64,000 nt of DNA from Candidatus Latescibacterota bacterium (GTDB taxonomy: Bacteria; Latescibacterota; UBA2968; GCA-2709665). The stretch covers positions 1,920,001-1,984,000 of the forward strand of contig CBDCOX010000002.1 of the NCBI GenBank assembly GCA_965219995.1. Direction: 5' to 3'. Positions 59,543 through 64,000 of this stretch are shown here, piece after piece; within the stretch, counting starts at the first letter, position 1, and every line of letters starts with the position of its first letter. Position numbers and translations under genes: made by a program. Below the pieces are notes generated by a model, which ran no database searches, was not told the origin of the DNA, and was given only the letters and a program-made list of their open reading frames with translations.

Positions 59543-62530
59543 TCAGTGTTTCGCCTCGAACCAACCGGAGTTCAATATCGTTACCGTCTCGGTTGGAATC
59601 GCTGGATAGTCTCTGACGGTAACGGCGTTTTCGGTGGCCGATTCAATCTCGAAACCCGTACGAGGCGCCTCGCCGGCCAACAGATACGACCCCGCGACGC
59701 GCGCGGGATCGGGCAACGGTTCCGAAAGATGGTACGTCCGGTCTTCTACAGACCGGACGCGCAACCTCGTGCTGGCTTCGGGCAGCGAAACATCCAGATC
59801 GCCGCACGTCAATTCCGTACCGTTCAACAAATAGCCCTGGACGGCGCCACCGTGCTCATTCACCGACACAAATCCAAATCGACCCGCCAGACGAACGGGA
59901 CCATATTGACGTTGCTCCTGGTCCGTCGAGGAAATGATATAGTCGGTGCGGCCGGCCAACTGAACTTCGATCGCCACAACACCGGTTTCCGGATTGTCTT
60001 CGATCAATCGCGCACCGGCAACCGGCGAACTTCCCGATATATAAGGCACAATCAGTGCGGTATACTGGCTTGAGAGCGCGGTACGGTCGTCGCCGGCGCG
60101 GTCTTCCGCAAGTAGTTGCCCGATGGATGGCTGTTTCAACTCTTCGGTATCGAATACCCGCCAACCCGGAGCGTCGGCGACGACCAACCTCTGCGGCGTA
60201 TTCAGCAGCATGAGATCCAGATTCACGCCCCGATATTTCCACGTAAACGACGTTGATTTATCCGGCAGAGTCGCCCTCGGATTCTCAAGCCATTCAGCCC
60301 AGACATCCGGAAGTTCCACTGCATCGTACTCGGCGAAATCCGGCGACCCTCCCATGAGAGATCCGTTGCAGTGAAATCCGTATTGATGGGTTCTTCCACC
60401 TCTGACGCGGAAAATGTCGACGACGTAACGCTGATTCTCAGGCGCGTCCACCAGAACGCAAACTCGCTGGTAGACGTCGCACTGCGGGTACACGTTGACA
60501 CCCGAAGCCTGCACGACCTCAATTCCCGGAGCCAATCCGAAAAGCTCCAGGTTGGAGCCACACTCGCTTCGCTCCTGCTCCTGTTCGTCGACGACCACCA
60601 GATTGTGTGAAAGGGTACTCCGCATCCACCTCTGCCCGCTCCGACCGTCCGGCAGGCGCTGGTCGCTGCCGGAAAAATAACCCCGGTCCGACGCCAATTC
60701 CTCGCCGAAGGCATACAGACTAAAGCTCAACACATCCTGGTGCCGATGCCCGGTTTCCACCGTCCACTGGTGCTCGTTGCCGTTCAGATAGAGCGCCGTG
60801 TCGTTTGTCTTTCCATCGCCTCGCAAAACAGCCACATGCCATCCTGGAAACCACTCGGAGCGAATCGGCAGCTCCGCCGCGACGGACGTCAGACCGGAGG
60901 GCCGATACCACAACGCATACTCGCTCCCCTTCCGTGACAATTCCTCACCTTGTACAAGCTCCAGCATTCTACCATATTGCCCGCCGAGGCGTGCCGCCAG
61001 GATTTCGAAGGACAGATGGTCCGCGTACGTATCATAACGCGTATCTCCAATTACCGGCATGCGGTTTCCGGGTGCGAGCAGGCGAACATGTGACTCGACG
61101 GACTCACGAAAGCGGCCCCTCGAAAACATGTCCAACGTCTGGATCCGTTCGCCTTCCTCGGGCACGTAATCCGGCGGGTCGCTGTAACCATGCAGCAGAT
61201 CGGCCAGTTCGCGCACGTTCGAAAGGTTGTGGGCCGAATAGGACGGCGTTTCCGCGTAGAACCCATCGTGATGGTAGCGTGCGTCCAGCATGCGGTGGAA
61301 ACCGTCCAGCGCGCGCCGGACCCGGTCCGGCTGCCTGAATAGCATCCCCGCTCCTGCGCTCAACACGAAGACGGCGGTGCCTTTATTCGAAAGAGAATTC
61401 CAATGTTCCATGTCCGTGCAACCGGCCAGCAACAGGTCATCGACGATCCGGCGATCGGTAGCCTCATCCAGCACGCGGCGACCGTCGGGAAATGATGCAT
61501 CTCGAACCAGATCATACGCGACCATCAACGAAAACAGCGGGCCTGCATCGCTTCCCTTCCCGTGTACGTTCATTCGCCCCGCCCCCCAGAATCCGTTGTT
61601 CAGCGTGGACCAGGTCTCAAACTGGTGCAGGCCGTAGGCGTGTCGTATCGCGCCCGGCGGAAAGCGGCCGCCATGGGGGCCACCCGCCGATTCCTCCCTG
61701 CCCATATTGGCGGCCACCTCCGCGGGCGGCAGGTCCGCGATGCTGCCGTCGTACGAATGGTAGAGATAATTCGGATAAACACGGGCGAACCGATCCAGTA
61801 TCCAGACGACCCTCTCGGCGTATTTCGCCTCGACTGTAACGGCGTACAGCTTTGCCAACGTCAACGCCTGGCCCGTGGCCCAACCCACCTTGCGATCTCG
61901 AATATGACCCGTGAAACTGGTCATCGTTGGACGTTCCCCGAGCCACTTGAGCGCGTGTTTCGCCCGGTTTTCTGGATCAGCCACTTCCTCGGGGGTCTGG
62001 TAGTAGGTAAACTGCTGTCCCATCCTGGGGCATTCGAGCACGCCGGTTTCCGGATACCGTGCGTTCGGATACACCGTCCCACAGGCGCTGCAGGCTATCT
62101 CGTCGGGACGCGCAATATTCCATCTGAACCGCCCGCCGCCCATCAGCGACTGTGTCCCCACGCAGTGGGGGCAATTCTGACCATAGTGGGTCCCGGGCGT
62201 CAACTCCGGTATCAACGCATCGAAGAACGCCCGGTCCTTCTGCATCGCCAGCGCAACGCTCCTTTTCCATCCCCCCACGATTTCATTCGCCCAACCGTAG
62301 CGCGTCACGTTTCGGCGGGCATTTTCGATATCCCCGGATTTGTACATCGTCCGCGGTTGAGCGTGCGCAGTCTTACACGCCAACAGCAGTGCGCTCGCAG
62401 CCAACACGAGCGCCGGCGCGGGGACACTCCTCAACATCCACACGGCGAGCACCGAAAGGGCAACTCCGGGGATGGCCAGAGCGGCGATACCGACCAACCG
62501 GCCGATGTCTTTCGCGGTCGTCCTTCTCAT
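59543..62530 (-). CDS. Secreted heparinase II/III-like polysaccharide lyase
   Basis: Start revised to ATG 62530 (AGGAGG RBS); DGFYAETPSY, GHRHQD, DRGY, HNLVVVD, DIFRVRGG..HQY. Confidence 0.82.
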   Translation of the reverse strand: MRRTTAKDIGRLVGIAALAIPGVALSVLAVWMLRSVPAPALVLAASALLLACKTAHAQPRTMYKSGDIENARRNVTRYGWANEIVGGWKRSVALAMQKDRAFFDALIPELTPGTHYGQNCPHCVGTQSLMGGGRFRWNIARPDEIACSACGTVYPNARYPETGVLECPRMGQQFTYYQTPEEVADPENRAKHALKWLGERPTMTSFTGHIRDRKVGWATGQALTLAKLYAVTVEAKYAERVVWILDRFARVYPNYLYHSYDGSIADLPPAEVAANMGREESAGGPHGGRFPPGAIRHAYGLHQFETWSTLNNGFWGAGRMNVHGKGSDAGPLFSLMVAYDLVRDASFPDGRRVLDEATDRRIVDDLLLAGCTDMEHWNSLSNKGTAVFVLSAGAGMLFRQPDRVRRALDGFHRMLDARYHHDGFYAETPSYSAHNLSNVRELADLLHGYSDPPDYVPEEGERIQTLDMFSRGRFRESVESHVRLLAPGNRMPVIGDTRYDTYADHLSFEILAARLGGQYGRMLELVQGEELSRKGSEYALWYRPSGLTSVAAELPIRSEWFPGWHVAVLRGDGKTNDTALYLNGNEHQWTVETGHRHQDVLSFSLYAFGEELASDRGYFSGSDQRLPDGRSGQRWMRSTLSHNLVVVDEQEQERSECGSNLELFGLAPGIEVVQASGVNVYPQCDVYQRVCVLVDAPENQRYVVDIFRVRGGRTHQYGFHCNGSLMGGSPDFAEYDAVELPDVWAEWLENPRATLPDKSTSFTWKYRGVNLDLMLLNTPQRLVVADAPGWRVFDTEELKQPSIGQLLAEDRAGDDRTALSSQYTALIVPYISGSSPVAGARLIEDNPETGVVAIEVQLAGRTDYIISSTDQEQRQYGPVRLAGRFGFVSVNEHGGAVQGYLLNGTELTCGDLDVSLPEASTRLRVRSVEDRTYHLSEPLPDPARVAGSYLLAGEAPRTGFEIESATENAVTVRDYPAIPTETVTILNSGWFEAKH

Positions 62531-62548
62531 GTCAGCCCCTCCTTGGCT

Positions 62549-62714
62549 TAGCAGCCCGTTGAAAAAGTCCATCCGGTCTGCGTCCGGCCCTTGTGGCCGA
62601 AATACAGCGTTGCGCTCCCTCCCCGAATCCAGGGATGCGCGTCGGTCGCGCGCCTTGTCTTCGGCCACAATGACTCGGCCTCGCCTGCAGAGCGACTTTT
62701 TCAACGGACTGTTA
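62549..62714. mobile_element. Non-autonomous MITE-like element (166 bp)
   Basis: Terminal inverted repeats TAGCAGCCCGTTGAAAAAGTC / GACTTTTTCAACGGACTGTTA (19/21 match), TA at both ends, no transposase. Confidence 0.75.
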
Positions 62715-63533
62715 CGAACCATACAGCGAATCCGCTGTTTTGCCCAGAATCCACGTTTTGTCGTCGTCAGAAAGAAATTCCATCGCTTCTTCGATCACGC
62801 GGAAGCCGACGGCCTCGCCGCGCTGAGGGTCTTCGGGAAAACCCGTACATCCCAGCATCCGGCGGGATCCGAACGCCTCGTAAACGGCCCTGACGTAGGG
62901 ATGAACGTCTTCATGCGGCCATGGCTTCGTGGAAATCCCGTCAATCCTCGTGGCCTTCACGTAGAGATTGGGGTATTTCGCCGCCTCCAGGAGGATCCGG
63001 AAACTGCCATCCAGGCCCTCCGCAAGAAAGGGCTCTCCCAGATGGTCCACAATCACATTCACCTCGGGGAATCGCTGCAACATCGGTTCCATCAATGGAA
63101 TCTGATGGCAGCGGCCGAACCAGGTGAACGGAACGCCGAGCTTTCGAGCCGTATCCCAAAGCGCCGTCTGATCATCGCGTGACAACCACGATGCGTCCTT
63201 ATCCTTGACCGGATACAACCGCATCCCCTGTACGCCATGTTCGCGGTGCAGCCGCACCATCTTTTCAGCAGCATCCGGTTTCAGAGGATCGATCAACGCC
63301 ACCCCGTGCAAACGACCGGGAAATCGGCGCATGCAGTCACACATGTAACTGTTGTCATATCCATGATACATGCACTGAATGAGTACGGTCCGGTCGATGC
63401 CGTTCAGGTCCATATATCTGATGAGATCCTCGACAAGACCCGGATACACGGGCCTGTTTGTCGACATCTGGTCGTTGTGGGTGAACGGCGGCTCTCCCAT
63501 GGTCCATACGTGTACGTGAGAATCGATTCGCAT
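62712..63533 (-). CDS. Amidohydrolase family 2 protein
   Basis: IDSHVHVW, YDNSY, GMRL, IVDHLG, FG..RM. Confidence 0.88.
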   Translation of the reverse strand: MRIDSHVHVWTMGEPPFTHNDQMSTNRPVYPGLVEDLIRYMDLNGIDRTVLIQCMYHGYDNSYMCDCMRRFPGRLHGVALIDPLKPDAAEKMVRLHREHGVQGMRLYPVKDKDASWLSRDDQTALWDTARKLGVPFTWFGRCHQIPLMEPMLQRFPEVNVIVDHLGEPFLAEGLDGSFRILLEAAKYPNLYVKATRIDGISTKPWPHEDVHPYVRAVYEAFGSRRMLGCTGFPEDPQRGEAVGFRVIEEAMEFLSDDDKTWILGKTADSLYGS

Positions 63534-63571
63534 CGTTTCCTCCTATCTGAAAGCAAGTTCGAGCTTTTCGG

Positions 63572-64000
63572 TCACGGCGCGCTCTTGCGTACAAGCTTAC
63601 ACAATGCATCCAGTGTAATGCCCTCCGGACGCATCCCAATCCGCCGGCAGGCGTCCGGTATCGTTTTGAAGATCAGTTCAAGGTTCATCCGTGCCGGATG
63701 ACCGGGATCGGAATAGTCCCGGTCGTTGTGACTGTCCGTCACAATGACCGGAAACCGGGGATCGTCGCGCAGGAACCGGTCCAGCATGTCCTTGACAACG
63801 GCAACGTGGTCGTACCGATGGGGAACATAGAGCCATTCAAATCCCCGCTCTCCGGCGTGTCCGCGCTGCACCGGGCGGCCGAACGCTACCGACACCGGTA
63901 CATTGATGAAATCTCTTCCCCCAGCAACCAGACGACATTCGTAATGTGCCCTGTGGGGGTACGTCTCCGCCCCGGCCCACATGCTCTGATGGCCCGGGAG
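63572..64000 (-). CDS. Hypothetical protein, C-terminal part only (5' end beyond the window)
   Basis: Frame appears open to the window edge, has natural composition and is co-oriented upstream of the amidohydrolase. Confidence 0.6.
   Translation of the reverse strand, partial: LPGHQSMWAGAETYPHRAHYECRLVAGGRDFINVPVSVAFGRPVQRGHAGERGFEWLYVPHRYDHVAVVKDMLDRFLRDDPRFPVIVTDSHNDRDYSDPGHPARMNLELIFKTIPDACRRIGMRPEGITLDALCKLVRKSAP

Overview
GC-rich bacterial chromosomal segment with about 48 genes. I saw no rRNA, tRNA, CRISPR array or intact transposase. The gene content (expanded PhyH dioxygenases, sulfatase, heparinase-like lyases, hydantoinases, orphan LivJ-type binding proteins, BlaI/M56-TonB, peptidase-Omp85) suggests a diderm, possibly host- or sponge-associated FCB-group organism such as Latescibacterota/Gemmatimonadota; this is inference only. 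Housekeeping anchors are ilvB with a predicted attenuator and thiC with a TPP riboswitch. The most notable candidates are: (1) a CP-ATP-grasp/alpha-E/transglutaminase operon with an ammonium transporter embedded in it; (2) a conserved ~100-aa 'L(A/G)KLA' beta-domain module on three unlinked lipoproteins with different cargo; (3) a LysR-divergent archaeal-type PurA with altered active-site motifs; (4) three PhyH-like enzymes lacking the HxD carboxylate; (5) a binding protein plus TorS-like kinase wired to an RsbU/V/W partner switch; (6) an ECF sigma/anti-sigma module with three Spy/CpxP proteins and two matching GGAAC-N18-GTCTA promoters. All family calls come from recognising motifs by eye, not from database searches.
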